From: Gemmatimonadota bacterium
GTDB lineage: Bacteria; Gemmatimonadota; Gemmatimonadetes; Longimicrobiales; Gaopeijiaceae
DNA length: 64,000 nt
Assembly (NCBI GenBank): GCA_034521595.1
Contig: JAXHMG010000003.1
Coordinates: 1,824,001 to 1,888,000 of the forward strand
Direction of reading: 5' to 3'
Shown here in pieces: positions 28,763-39,517 of the stretch. The first letter of the stretch is position 1; every line of letters starts with the position of its first letter. Both the position numbers and the translations under genes were made by a program. Under the pieces are notes generated by a model. It was not told where the DNA came from. It saw only the letters and a program-made list of their open reading frames with translations, and ran no database searches.

Positions 28763-29203
28763 TCAGCCTCCGACCTGGAACGACACCCGCCGCAACACGG
28801 TCCCGTCCTGGTCCTCGACCCGGACCTCCCACTCACCCGTCCAGTCGGCAGGAATGGTCTTGGCGCTCCACGTACGCCAGTGGGGCCCCCGGACCGTGAG
28901 CGAGACTCGCGCGGTCTCCTCCCCGTTCCGTTCCCAGACGTGCTCGACCTCGCGCTCATCGAAGGCCCCTTCGAGCACCGTGTAGAAGTAGAGCTCGCCG
29001 ACGTCCGCCGGAAAGGTTTGTGCCTCGCCGACGGGCTCGCGGTCCTCGACACCCGTGGCCACGACGGCGGTCGTCACGTCGACTCCACCGGGCTCGGGAT
29101 CCTGAGCTCGAAGGGGCGCGCACACCACGGCGGCGGCGATGAGCGCGGCAACCAACGGGCGCTCGAGTCCTCCTGCTACCGACATGCTCCATGGCGCGGT
29201 CAT
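28763..29203 (-). CDS. Secreted DUF2914-domain protein
   Basis: Signal peptide, V.DREP, LYFYT, HVW, WRTWS.K, G.W.V.V. GGAGG RBS 7 nt before ATG 29203. Confidence 0.75.
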   Translation of the reverse strand: MTAPWSMSVAGGLERPLVAALIAAAVVCAPLRAQDPEPGGVDVTTAVVATGVEDREPVGEAQTFPADVGELYFYTVLEGAFDEREVEHVWERNGEETARVSLTVRGPHWRTWSAKTIPADWTGEWEVRVEDQDGTVLRRVSFQVGG

Positions 29204-29258
29204 CGCGAGACCTCCTTGCCGGGTGGCGAGGGCCGCGACGGACGGTCCTCGTGCTCCA

Positions 29259-31334
29259 TCATTCGCTCGCTCCCCCGGGGCCGTCAAGGTTCGTGCGTTC
29301 CCCCGACATATCCCGGACCTCGTCCGGTTGGGGCCCCTTCTCGGTCACCGCCACCGGAGGCATCGGGACGTCGAGGGCCTCGGCGACGGCCCGCAACAGC
29401 TCGAGCTCCTCGACGGTCACCTCACGGTCCGAACGAACCGTGTGCTCGAGCGCGTCCAGAAGCGTTCGCCTGTCCGTGGGCGGAAGTGTCTCGAGCCGGC
29501 CGAGCGCCGCATCCACGTAGTCCAGATCCAGTCCCGTGGCGGGCTGGAGTGACATCGAGGCCGTCGTGCGGGGGTCGAAACGAGCCGCTCCCGCACGGAA
29601 GGCTACGTCCGCCCGCTCGTGCTCATCCGCACCCGCCCAGGCCACCGCGGAAAGCAAGGCGGCAGCGTCGTCGCGACGCCTGGAAAGGCCGGGGCCCACC
29701 CGGGCCGTCCGGGACGGATTTCCGCCCGGCAGTGCCCGACGGAGAAGGTGGAACACCGCGAAGTCGAAGGCATGCACCTTCCCGTCGGCGCGGGTCAACG
29801 GGCCGACGACGTCCCGCACCGCGTCGCCTCGCGTCGTGTCGAGAGACCTGAGCGAGGGGAGACAGAGCTCGAGCAGGGGCAACCGGGCTTCTCCCCCCGC
29901 CGACCGGAGCCCCATGGCCAGCGCACGTGCCCGCTCGAGCGTCTCCTCGCCCAGCACGTCCTCGACCGTGGCTTCCTGGCGCGCGCGGACATCATCCTGG
30001 TCGGAGAGGAGCAGCGCGACCACAACCGCCACGGCGCCCTCCGCGGTTCGCGTCGCGGTGCGCACGTCCTCCGGAATCTTCTCGAGGATGGATCGAGCTT
30101 GCGACAGATGGCCCGCGTCGAGTGTGCCCGCGGCCGCCACCGCGGCGGCGAGGCCAGTACCACGCTCCGGAAGTCCGGGTACGGGAAACGGCAACGGAAA
30201 CGTGCCCTCCCCGGACCCGGCACCCGCCCCACCACCACCGGACGCCCCTTCACGCCCGCGATGCTTCGTCCCCTGTTCGACCTCGCCCCCCACCGACGCC
30301 GGCTTCGGCTCCAGATACGTCCCGTCCCAACCCGGATCCACACGCTCGATCCGCTCCTCGAGGGGGGGATGCGTCGCGAACGAGCGCGAGAACGCACCCT
30401 TGATCCCGTCCGAAAAGAACAGATGGCCGGCTTCCTGTGCGTGATGGTCCTCCAGCTTGGACCCGGCCGCCCCCCCTCCGATCTTGCGAAGCGCTCCGGA
30501 GATCCCGTCCGGATTGCGCGTGAACTGAACCGCGGCGGCATCCGCGAGAAACTCCCGCTGCCGCGACACGGCCGCCTGGATGAGCCGTCCGAAGAGCACG
30601 CCGAGATAGCCGAGGATGATCAAGGCGATACCGAGGAGCATGATCTGGCCCCCCCCGCCTCCCTTGCCGCCCCGCCTTCTCGCGCCACCCACGTACGAGC
30701 CGTGGAGGACGCCCCGCCCGATGACGGTGAGGAGCAGAATGCCGAAGAGCACGCCCATCAGACGGAGGTTGAGCTGCATATCTCCGTTCAGGACATGGCT
30801 GAACTCGTGCGCCATCACGCCCTGGAGCTCGTCACGCGTGAAGGTCTCGAGTCCGCCGCGGGTGATGGCGACCGCCGCATCGTGGATGGTGTGCCCGGCC
30901 GCGAACGCGTTGATCCCCGACTCACCGTCGAGGACGTAGACCGCGGGCACGGGGATCCCGGACGCGATGGACATCTCCTCGACGACGTTCAGAAGCCTTC
31001 GCTCGAGAGGGTCGGTCGAGCCCGGATCGACGCGACGCCCGCCCAGCAGCTCGGCCACCGCCGAGCCGCCCTTCCGTAGCTGCGCGGTCCGAAACGCCGA
31101 CCCCGCGCCGATGACCAGCAGCATGCCCACGGCAACCATTCCGAACAGCCCCGGCTGGAACAGCTCCGGCTCGGCCACGGCTCCATCCGGTCCGGCCTGC
31201 GCGCCGCCCACACCCAGAGCGACCACCGCGACGAGATACACCCCGACGATCATGAGCGTGACCGCGAGCGCGAAGAGCAGGACCAGTCGACGGGAGAGGC
31301 TTCTCGCCTTCCCCTGCGCCTCGAAAAAATCCAT
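29259..31334 (-). CDS. M48 (HtpX-like) membrane metalloprotease with C-terminal extension
   Basis: MDFFEAQ start, INAFAAG, ELQGVMAHEFSH, SRQREFLADA, THPP..ERI, then a Gly-rich linker and a helical C-domain. Confidence 0.9.
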   Translation of the reverse strand: MDFFEAQGKARSLSRRLVLLFALAVTLMIVGVYLVAVVALGVGGAQAGPDGAVAEPELFQPGLFGMVAVGMLLVIGAGSAFRTAQLRKGGSAVAELLGGRRVDPGSTDPLERRLLNVVEEMSIASGIPVPAVYVLDGESGINAFAAGHTIHDAAVAITRGGLETFTRDELQGVMAHEFSHVLNGDMQLNLRLMGVLFGILLLTVIGRGVLHGSYVGGARRRGGKGGGGGQIMLLGIALIILGYLGVLFGRLIQAAVSRQREFLADAAAVQFTRNPDGISGALRKIGGGAAGSKLEDHHAQEAGHLFFSDGIKGAFSRSFATHPPLEERIERVDPGWDGTYLEPKPASVGGEVEQGTKHRGREGASGGGGAGAGSGEGTFPLPFPVPGLPERGTGLAAAVAAAGTLDAGHLSQARSILEKIPEDVRTATRTAEGAVAVVVALLLSDQDDVRARQEATVEDVLGEETLERARALAMGLRSAGGEARLPLLELCLPSLRSLDTTRGDAVRDVVGPLTRADGKVHAFDFAVFHLLRRALPGGNPSRTARVGPGLSRRRDDAAALLSAVAWAGADEHERADVAFRAGAARFDPRTTASMSLQPATGLDLDYVDAALGRLETLPPTDRRTLLDALEHTVRSDREVTVEELELLRAVAEALDVPMPPVAVTEKGPQPDEVRDMSGERTNLDGPGGASE

Positions 31335-31358
31335 CGGTTCGGCCGGGTCCGGTTCGGG

Positions 31359-31946
31359 TTAGCTGAAGGACACGCTGGGCGCTTCCCGTTCTTCGTCCTG
31401 GTCGATCTCGAAGAACTCGGCCGGCTCGAAGCGGAACGCGTTGGCCACGACGTTCGTCGGGACTCTCTGACGCGCCGTGTTGTACGTCATGACCGCGTCG
31501 TTGAAGGCCTGCCGTGAGAACGCGATCCGGTTCTCGGTCGACGCCAGCTCTTCCTGGAGCTGCATCATGTTCTGGTTGGCCTTGAGGTCCGGGTAAGCCT
31601 CGGACAGGGCGAAGAGCCGTGAGAGCGTGCCGCCGAGGTTCTGTTCCGCACCCGAGAGGTTTTGCATCGCCTCCGGGTCGCCCGGGTTGCTCGCCGCGGT
31701 GCTCTCCGCCTGCTGCGCCTGGTTGCGGGCGTGGATCACGGCTTCGAGCGTTTCCTTCTCGTGGCTCATGTAGCCCTTCGCGGTATCGACCAGGTTGGGA
31801 ATCAGGTCGTACCGGCGCTTGAGCTGCACGTCGATCTGCGCGAACGCGTTGCGGAAGCGCTCCCGGAGCGTGACCAAGCGGTTGTACTGCATCACGCCGT
31901 ACCCGACGATCAGAACGATGACGATGAGGGGAATGTACGTTCCCAC
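31359..31946 (-). CDS. lemA: LemA family protein
   Basis: N-terminal TM, YN.LV, IDVQLKRRYDLIPNLV, EAYPDLKAN, ENRIAFSRQ. GTG 31946 has a GGAGG RBS. Confidence 0.93.
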   Translation of the reverse strand: MGTYIPLIVIVLIVGYGVMQYNRLVTLRERFRNAFAQIDVQLKRRYDLIPNLVDTAKGYMSHEKETLEAVIHARNQAQQAESTAASNPGDPEAMQNLSGAEQNLGGTLSRLFALSEAYPDLKANQNMMQLQEELASTENRIAFSRQAFNDAVMTYNTARQRVPTNVVANAFRFEPAEFFEIDQDEEREAPSVSFS

Positions 31947-32085
31947 GAGGTCCTCCCTACCAGGGGTGTGCAGTGGCTGGGCGAGCAGACCGAAGGTAGC
32001 CGGGACCGGATCGGGCAGCCACCCGTCTCCGATGGTGGCGTCCACCACCTCGGCTCGGACCGAGCGAGGTAGAGCTGAACAGCGC

Positions 32086-32119
32086 AACAAAAAGCCTCCC
32101 GGGTACGAACCCGGGAGGC
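32086..32119 (-). terminator. Rho-independent terminator after tRNA
   Basis: 11-bp stem GCCTCCCGGGT/ACCCGGGAGGC with a 4-nt loop, followed by TTTTTG on the minus strand. Confidence 0.85.
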
Positions 32120-32141
32120 CAAGGACCTGGTGCTTCTCGAG

Positions 32142-32215
32142 TGCCGGAGGAGGGACTCGAACCCCCGACTCGCGGATTATGATTCCGCCGCTCTAACCAA
32201 CTGAGCTACTCCGGC
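32142..32215 (-). tRNA. tRNA with CAT anticodon, most likely elongator tRNA-Met (CCA not encoded)
   Basis: Cloverleaf: acceptor GCCGGAG/CTCCGGC, D arm AGCTCAGTTGGTTAGAGC, anticodon arm GCGGA-ATCATAA-TCCGC, T loop GTTCGAG. Paired 1:72 and no GGG/CCC anticodon stem, so not the initiator. Confidence 0.93.
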
Positions 32216-32227
32216 GAAGAGACGGAA

Positions 32228-32256
32228 AAGCTCATCTCGGGTCGTACCGGTGTCAA
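32228..32256 (-). promoter_or_regulatory. Possible promoter of the tRNA gene
   Basis: TTGACA (32256-32251), 17 nt spacer, weak -10 GAGCTT. Confidence 0.4.
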
Positions 32257-32324
32257 CCTGACCGGGATCCCCCAACCACGCCCCGGAGACCCGGGCCACG
32301 GACACGCTCGTCTACCACGGGCTG

Positions 32325-32645
32325 CTAGGGCGTCGGCCCCGCCTCTCCGGTGGGAGACGCGCCACCCGCCGGGGCCGCGAATCTGTAGAGCGTCTCCCCC
32401 TCCCGGATCATCCCGAACCGCTCCCGCGCGATGCGTTCGAGGGTCGCGGGATCGTTCTCGAGGGAGTCGGCACGCGCACGGAGCGAGTCGATCCGCCGTT
32501 CGAGCTCCACGAGCTCCTGGCGTGACGCTTCGACGTCCGCCCGCGCGCGCCGGAGCTCGAGGATCGAGTACTCGCCACCGAACACGGCGTAGTAGGCCGC
32601 GAGCGCCAACAATGCGGGTAGGACGATCCGCCTCAGCAAGCGCAT
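32325..32645 (-). CDS. ftsB: Septum formation initiator (FtsB/DivIC)
   Basis: TM, coiled coil, LERIARERFGMIREGE; directly downstream of eno. Confidence 0.88.
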   Translation of the reverse strand: MRLLRRIVLPALLALAAYYAVFGGEYSILELRRARADVEASRQELVELERRIDSLRARADSLENDPATLERIARERFGMIREGETLYRFAAPAGGASPTGEAGPTP

Positions 32646-32698
32646 CCGAGCTCACCTCGCTCCGCGACCGGATGTACGGCCGAACCCCCGGCCCACGA

Positions 32699-34012
<1,314 letters not shown>

Positions 34013-34729
34013 TCAGTGCGAGGGGGTGAGCAGGCCGGCCACGGCCTCGTGCGCCCTTCGCGTGAGTGTGTCCCTGTCTGCCACTTCCAGCCCCTGCACG
34101 GGGATCGGATCACCGAGCCGGACCGTGATGACGCCCGGCCGGATCTTCAAGCTCCCTTTCGGCATGACCTCCCGGGAACCGACGATGGCTGCCGGAACAA
34201 TCTCCGTGCCGGTCTGGATGCCGAGCACGAACGCCCCCTTCTTGAACCGCTGCAACTCGCCGGTCTCGGAACGCGTGCCCTCGGGAAACATGATGATGGT
34301 AGGGCGCTCCTTCTCCAAGACGTCTCGTGCCCTTTCCATAGTTGCGAGCGCCTTCTGACGGTCTTCCCGGTCGATGAAGATGTGCCCACAGCGGCGGATC
34401 GAAGGCCCGAACAGCGGGGCGCGCTCGATCTCCTTCTTCGCCACGAAACGGTAGGATCCGGGCAGACCCGTCGCGAGCGCCAACACGTCGAACCAGGAGG
34501 CGTGATTCACCGCCAGGATCTGGGGCCGATCAGGATCGATCGCTTCCTCGTTCTCGACCACTACCCGCACGCCGGTGACGCGCAGCAGGAAGCCCGACCA
34601 CGCCCGCGGGACATCCTCGCACACACAGGGCAACCGCGGTGATTTCCAAGCCATCGCCCACAGAATGCGGGCCGCGTGCCAGATCGTGAGCGGGGCGATG
34701 ACCGCGAGGACCGCGAGAAGACGGATCAC
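34013..34729 (-). CDS. plsC: 1-acyl-sn-glycerol-3-phosphate acyltransferase
   Basis: NHASWFD (HX4D), FIDR, FPEGTRS, FKKGAF. Confidence 0.9.
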   Translation of the reverse strand: MIRLLAVLAVIAPLTIWHAARILWAMAWKSPRLPCVCEDVPRAWSGFLLRVTGVRVVVENEEAIDPDRPQILAVNHASWFDVLALATGLPGSYRFVAKKEIERAPLFGPSIRRCGHIFIDREDRQKALATMERARDVLEKERPTIIMFPEGTRSETGELQRFKKGAFVLGIQTGTEIVPAAIVGSREVMPKGSLKIRPGVITVRLGDPIPVQGLEVADRDTLTRRAHEAVAGLLTPSH

Positions 34730-35721
34730 GTCTCGCTCCAGTGATCGTAGCCGCCGCGGTCCACCGGACGCCGTCGGCCGGCGGCGTCCTCGAGGAGCAC
34801 GCCGCCGTCCCGTGTGACACGACCGACACGGGTGAGCCGGACCGAGTGCCGCTGCTGCAGCGTTTCCACCTCCACGGTGCCCGGCTCCGCCGTGAAGCAG
34901 AGCTCGAAGTCCTCCCCCCCTCGAAGGGCCGCTTCCAGCGCCTCGGCGTCTCCCAACACCGCCCGAGCGTCCGGATCGACGGGAACCGAGGTTTCCTCGA
35001 TCACGATCCCCGCACCCGAGGCGGCCGCGATGTGACCGGCGTCACCCGCCAGCCCGTCCGACAGGTCGACCATGGCGCGGGGGACGCCCGCGGCGGCCAG
35101 GTCACCGGCGAGGGCCACACGCGGTACCGGACGGGCGAAACGGAGACGGAGCGCCGGCAACGGGTCTTCGCCACGGTCCCACGCGCGTAGCGCGGCGGCG
35201 CCCGTTCCCAGCGTGCCGCTCACCCAGAGCTCGTCGCCCGGCCGGGCACCGGCTCTGGAAACGGGGCGCTCGGTGCGTCCGAGCACCACCAGATCGAGGA
35301 AGAGCGGCCCCGGAGAGCGGGACAGGTCTCCCCCGATCACCCTGGCGCCCACCGACGCGGCGGCGGCGCGCACCCCCGACTGGACATCCGCCACGTCGAC
35401 CCGGCCGTCGGTCGCGACCGCCGCGGACACCAACACACCGACCGGCTCCGCCGCCATCGCGGCCAGGTCGGACAGAGCGGCCGCGGCCGCTCTGTAGCCG
35501 ATCTCCTCGTCGGTCAGCCAACCTCGCCGGAAGTGGACGTCCTCGACGGCCAGATCGGTGCTGATCACCCACCCTCCCTCGAGGACCGCGCCATCATCGC
35601 CCGGCCCCAGCACGATTCCGGACGGAAGCTCCTCGCCCTCGCCCACGAACGCACGGATCAGGTCGAACTTCCCGTCCCGGCACCGAGCCGCACCGACGTC
35701 AGTCTCCACGCTCCGAGCCAC
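34726..35721 (-). CDS. thiL: Thiamine-monophosphate kinase
   Basis: GPGDDGA, DVHF, LSDLAAM, IGGD, DLSDGL, GGEDFEL, GYDHW. The extreme 5' end may contain indel errors. Confidence 0.92.
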   Translation of the reverse strand: MARSVETDVGAARCRDGKFDLIRAFVGEGEELPSGIVLGPGDDGAVLEGGWVISTDLAVEDVHFRRGWLTDEEIGYRAAAAALSDLAAMAAEPVGVLVSAAVATDGRVDVADVQSGVRAAAASVGARVIGGDLSRSPGPLFLDLVVLGRTERPVSRAGARPGDELWVSGTLGTGAAALRAWDRGEDPLPALRLRFARPVPRVALAGDLAAAGVPRAMVDLSDGLAGDAGHIAAASGAGIVIEETSVPVDPDARAVLGDAEALEAALRGGEDFELCFTAEPGTVEVETLQQRHSVRLTRVGRVTRDGGVLLEDAAGRRRPVDRGGYDHWSET

Positions 35722-35724
35722 CAG

Positions 35725-37341
35725 TCAGGCGGCCGGATCGATGTCGAGCACCACGAACGGAAGTCCGAGCGCGTCGGTGGGTCCACCTGGCTCGCTCAGC
35801 ACGTCGGGCAGGCGTTCGAGAACGTCCGAAGGGGTGAGTGCGGCGCCCTTATCGGCCAGTCGGGCCGCACGTCCGGTGAGGTAGAGGCCGACGGCGCCCG
35901 CCGTGGCCGACACCAGGCCCTGCGCCATCAGAGTGCCGCATACGCCGGCGAGGGTGTCGCCCATCCCGGCAGCGGCGAGATCCGACGAGCCCTGCGTGTC
36001 GATGAGGAGCTCGCCATCCGGGCTCGCCGACGACGGACAGAGGGCGCGCCCTTGCACAGGACCGCGGCGATCGAAGCGCTCGACCGCGGCCGCGCCGGTC
36101 GCGGCCCGGCGACGCGGCAGCGCTCGGCATCGTCCGTCCGAGGCCGACCTCCGTCGCCGAGACAGTCGCCCCATCTCGCCCGGATGTGGCGTGAGGAGCA
36201 CCGGCCTCGTGCGTCCGACCGCGGCGAGGTCGACGGCTCCGGCGGCGGCGAGATTGAGGGCGTCCGCGTCGAGGAGCACGGGACGTGGCTCACCGCCCAG
36301 GACCCGTTCGAGCAAGCGCAGCGCTACGTCCCCCTGCCCGAGCCCGGGCCCGACCACCACCGCGTCCGTGGCCGCCAACCCGTCCCTCACCGCCGCCGCG
36401 TCCGTGCCGTCCACGTAGATCGCTTCGGGCACGCCTCGCTGCACGATCTCGCGGTTCTCGGGCACGGTGCACACCCGCACGATGCCGGCACCGGCGCGGA
36501 GCGCCCCGCGCGCGGCAAGGAGCGCGGCTCCCGCCATGCCGCTCGCTCCACCGACGACGAGCACCCGCCCCACCGCGTTCTTGTGGGTGTCGCTCGACCG
36601 CCGGGGAAGTTGATCACGTGCCCACGGCGGTGTCGACACGAAAGCCCGCGCTTCGCCGCTCTCGAGGGGCGGGAAGCCGATCTCGACGACGACCAGGCGG
36701 CCGACCGCCGCGCGCGCCGGATGCACCAGCGCGCCGACCTTCGGCGCGCCGAAGGCAACCGTCACGTCGGCCCGCACGGCATCCCCCGGCACGCTCCCCC
36801 CGTCAGGATCGATTCCGGAGGGCACGTCCATGGCGAGAACGGATGCGGCGGAAGCATTGACCGCTCGAATGGCCCCCGCCTGCCGTTCGCGGGGCGCCCC
36901 CCGCACGCCCGTGCCCAGGACTCCGTCCACCACGACGGAAGCCTCCGAGAGCACGCCGGCCCAGTCCTCCGCGGTCCACCCGTCTTCGACCACGACCGGT
37001 ATCGGCCAGCCGTGGAGCAGGGGATCGTCCGTGGGCCGATCCGCAACGAGAACGGCCCGCACCTCCCGTCCCCACGCCGCGAGCACGCGCAGGGCGACCA
37101 GCGCGTCTCCACCGTTGTTGCCCGCTCCCACCAGCCCGACGACCGGCCCCTCGGGGTACGACCGGTCCAGGATCACGGCGGCCGCCCTCCCCGCGTTTTC
37201 CATGAGCACGCGCTCGGGGACCCCCGAGCGGTCGATCGCTCGCCGGTCCCACGCCCCGGCTTCACGGCCCGTCAGGGCCGGCACGGGGAGGCGGTGAGGC
37301 GCCCAGGGACGAAGCGGAGGGCGCGGGTCCATCACGGCCAC
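35725..37341 (-). CDS. nnr: Bifunctional NAD(P)HX epimerase/dehydratase (YjeF/Nnr)
   Basis: LMENAG, GAGNNGGD, DVPSG, GPGLG, LDADAL, LTPHPGE, GMGDTLAG. The segment 36030-36165 looks locally frameshifted. Confidence 0.88.
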   Translation of the reverse strand: MAVMDPRPPLRPWAPHRLPVPALTGREAGAWDRRAIDRSGVPERVLMENAGRAAAVILDRSYPEGPVVGLVGAGNNGGDALVALRVLAAWGREVRAVLVADRPTDDPLLHGWPIPVVVEDGWTAEDWAGVLSEASVVVDGVLGTGVRGAPRERQAGAIRAVNASAASVLAMDVPSGIDPDGGSVPGDAVRADVTVAFGAPKVGALVHPARAAVGRLVVVEIGFPPLESGEARAFVSTPPWARDQLPRRSSDTHKNAVGRVLVVGGASGMAGAALLAARGALRAGAGIVRVCTVPENREIVQRGVPEAIYVDGTDAAAVRDGLAATDAVVVGPGLGQGDVALRLLERVLGGEPRPVLLDADALNLAAAGAVDLAAVGRTRPVLLTPHPGEMGRLSRRRRSASDGRCRALPRRRAATGAAAVERFDRRGPVQGRALCPSSASPDGELLIDTQGSSDLAAAGMGDTLAGVCGTLMAQGLVSATAGAVGLYLTGRAARLADKGAALTPSDVLERLPDVLSEPGGPTDALGLPFVVLDIDPAA

Positions 37342-37358
37342 GCGGCCATCACGGCGCG

Positions 37359-37395
37359 CCCTCCCGGAACAGAAAGGCGCTCCGTTTCGGGAGGG
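37359..37395. other. Long intergenic stem-loop without U-tract
   Basis: CCCTCCCGAAACGGAG...TTCTGTTCCGGGAGGG (minus strand) between the zinc-ribbon gene and nnr. Confidence 0.45.
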
Positions 37396-37461
37396 GGGCG
37401 GCCAGGACCGACCGGGAGGGGTCGCCGGTCCGCCACGGCAAGCCGGAGAGGCGGTGGCAGC

Positions 37462-37659
37462 TTACTTGTAGCTCTGACCGATCTCGCGACCGAGCGTGAT
37501 CTCTCCATTGTCGATCCGGATGTTGAACCCGCACTCCGGATTCGAGCAGACCCAGGCCTTGTAGCGGATCGGTGCTCCATCCCTGCCGTAGTCCGAGAGC
37601 GGCAAAAGTATCCCCGCCTCGCACTTCAGGCAGCGTGGGAACCCACCGTCTTCCACCAT
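37462..37659 (-). CDS. Small zinc-ribbon protein (65 aa)
   Basis: CLKC...WVCSNPEC Cys pairs; GGAGGGG RBS upstream; good coding composition. Confidence 0.8.
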   Translation of the reverse strand: MVEDGGFPRCLKCEAGILLPLSDYGRDGAPIRYKAWVCSNPECGFNIRIDNGEITLGREIGQSYK

Positions 37660-37766
37660 GTGAAACCCCTCCCATGGGTATTGTGACGAATCGTATCGTC
37701 CAGGAACCCGGCATCGCCGGGGGCTTGGTTGTCATGGAGAACGCGGGCATGCGCGTCCCCCCGTCA

Positions 37767-38147
37767 TCAGGGTTGAGCGTTCCAGGGATAGTTGAGCTCG
37801 AACGCTTCTTCGAAGTCGAACAAGTCCGCGAAGTCTTCCGGACTGTCCCCCTCCTGCTTGACCAGGATGCCGTGCTCGACCATGGCGAACACCACCCGAC
37901 CCATGTCCTCGGTCCCGTGGATCCCCCAGTGCTCCAGAACGGTCCTGGCCATCGGGCCGAACTGCTCGAGCGCGAGCGATCGCACGCCCTCGGCCAGCTC
38001 ACGGCCCGTGATGTGACGCGGCTCCTCGAATCCGCGGATGACCTCGTGCAACGCCTTCAACACGAAGACATATGCCCGCGGGTCGAATCGCGGATGCTTC
38101 TCCTGGAGCTCGTCCAGAACCTCGTCGGCGAATTGCAGGTGCGTCAT
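37767..38147 (-). CDS. Conserved hypothetical protein (Minf_1886-like)
   Basis: AY.FV..AL, RHITGREL, FGPMA..VL..WGI..TED.G..VF..VE.G.L, DF..F.F pattern. Confidence 0.8.
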   Translation of the reverse strand: MTHLQFADEVLDELQEKHPRFDPRAYVFVLKALHEVIRGFEEPRHITGRELAEGVRSLALEQFGPMARTVLEHWGIHGTEDMGRVVFAMVEHGILVKQEGDSPEDFADLFDFEEAFELNYPWNAQP

Positions 38148-38254
38148 GTCGGAAAATGTGCGCCGTAACGGAACCTCCGCACAAGCCCGAGCGATCCGGA
38201 CGGGGCGCGTCCCGCCCCGGATCGCTCGACTCGGCCGGAGTGGAGGCCAGTCGC

Positions 38255-39517
38255 TCAGCCCACCGATTCGAACTCCGGGTAGAGGGGAAAGCTCGCGCAG
38301 AGCTCTTTGACCTCGGCGCGTACCTTGACGATGCGCTCTTCGTCGGCCGGCGCCTCCAGCACGTGCGCGATCCAGCCGGCGATCCGCTCCATCTCGGGCT
38401 CCTTCATGCCCCGGGTCGTGAGGGCCGGCGTTCCGATACGGAGCCCGGACGTCACGAACGGAGAACGGGTCTCGTTCGGCACGGTGTTCTTGTTGACCGT
38501 GATGTCGGCGGCTTCGAGCGCTTCCTCCGCGATCTTGCCGGTGAGCTCCTCGTCGATCTCGCGCAGGTCGACCAGGATCAGGTGATTGTCCGTACCGCCG
38601 CTCACCAAGCCGAATCCGCGACTCGCGAGGCCCTCTCCCAGCGCCCGGGCGTTCGCGATGACCTGGGCCGAATAGGACTTGAAGTCCGGCTGGAGGGCCT
38701 CGCGGAACGCCACGGCCTTGGCCGCGATGACGTGCATCAGCGGACCTCCCTGCATGAAGGGGAAGACCGACTTGTCGATGCCCTTCGCATGCTCTTCCCG
38801 CGTCAGGATGAGCCCGCCCCGAGGCCCTCGCAGCGTTTTGTGCGTGGTCGTGGTCACCACGTCCGCGTGCGGCACCGGCGAGGGGTGGTGCCCGGTGGCC
38901 ACCAGCCCGGCGATGTGGGCCATGTCCACCACGAGCGTCGCGCCGACCTCCCGCGCGATCGAGCCGAAGGCTTCGAAGTCGATGACCCTCGGGTACGCGC
39001 TCGCCCCGGCGATGATCATCTTCGGCTTCACGGACCGCGCCTGATCCCGAAGGGCGTCATAGTCGATCAAGCCGTCGTCGGCACGCACTCCGTAGCTACT
39101 CACGTCGAAGAGGCGCCCGCTGAAGTTCACGGGCGAGCCGTGCGTGAGGTGCCCGCCGTTGCTCAGGTCCATACCGAGGATGGGATCGCCGGGCTCCAAG
39201 AACGTGAAGTAGGCCGCCATGTTGGCCTGGGCACCCGAATGCGGCTGCACGTTGGCGTACTCGGCACCGAACAGCTCGGTCGCTCGGTCGCGCGCGAGCT
39301 CCTCGGCCACGTCGACGTGCTCACAGCCTCCGTAGTAGCGCCTCGATGGGAGGCCTTCCGCGTACTTGTTCGTCATGACGGTGCCCATCGCCTCGAGCAC
39401 CGCATGGGACACGAAGTTCTCGGAGGCGATCAACTCGAGCCCGCCGGCCTGCCTGCGTGCCTCGGCGACGATGGAGTCGAAGATCTCGGGATCCGACGCT
39501 TTCAGATGGTCCATCAT
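38255..39517 (-). CDS. glyA: Serine hydroxymethyltransferase
   Basis: [38 protein letters not shown]. Confidence 0.98.
   Translation of the reverse strand: MMDHLKASDPEIFDSIVAEARRQAGGLELIASENFVSHAVLEAMGTVMTNKYAEGLPSRRYYGGCEHVDVAEELARDRATELFGAEYANVQPHSGAQANMAAYFTFLEPGDPILGMDLSNGGHLTHGSPVNFSGRLFDVSSYGVRADDGLIDYDALRDQARSVKPKMIIAGASAYPRVIDFEAFGSIAREVGATLVVDMAHIAGLVATGHHPSPVPHADVVTTTTHKTLRGPRGGLILTREEHAKGIDKSVFPFMQGGPLMHVIAAKAVAFREALQPDFKSYSAQVIANARALGEGLASRGFGLVSGGTDNHLILVDLREIDEELTGKIAEEALEAADITVNKNTVPNETRSPFVTSGLRIGTPALTTRGMKEPEMERIAGWIAHVLEAPADEERIVKVRAEVKELCASFPLYPEFESVG

Noticed and set aside
32142-32215. tRNA-fMet or tRNA-Ile2 assignment; tRNA as attB of an integrated element
   Set aside because: No initiator features. 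Ile2 cannot be fully excluded without a covariance model, but the sequence resembles elongator Met. No integrase or repeated 3' end was found.
37329-37355. 10-bp direct repeat CCATCACGGC at the nnr start
   Set aside because: Short, GC-rich and only two copies; likely chance or a tiny duplication.
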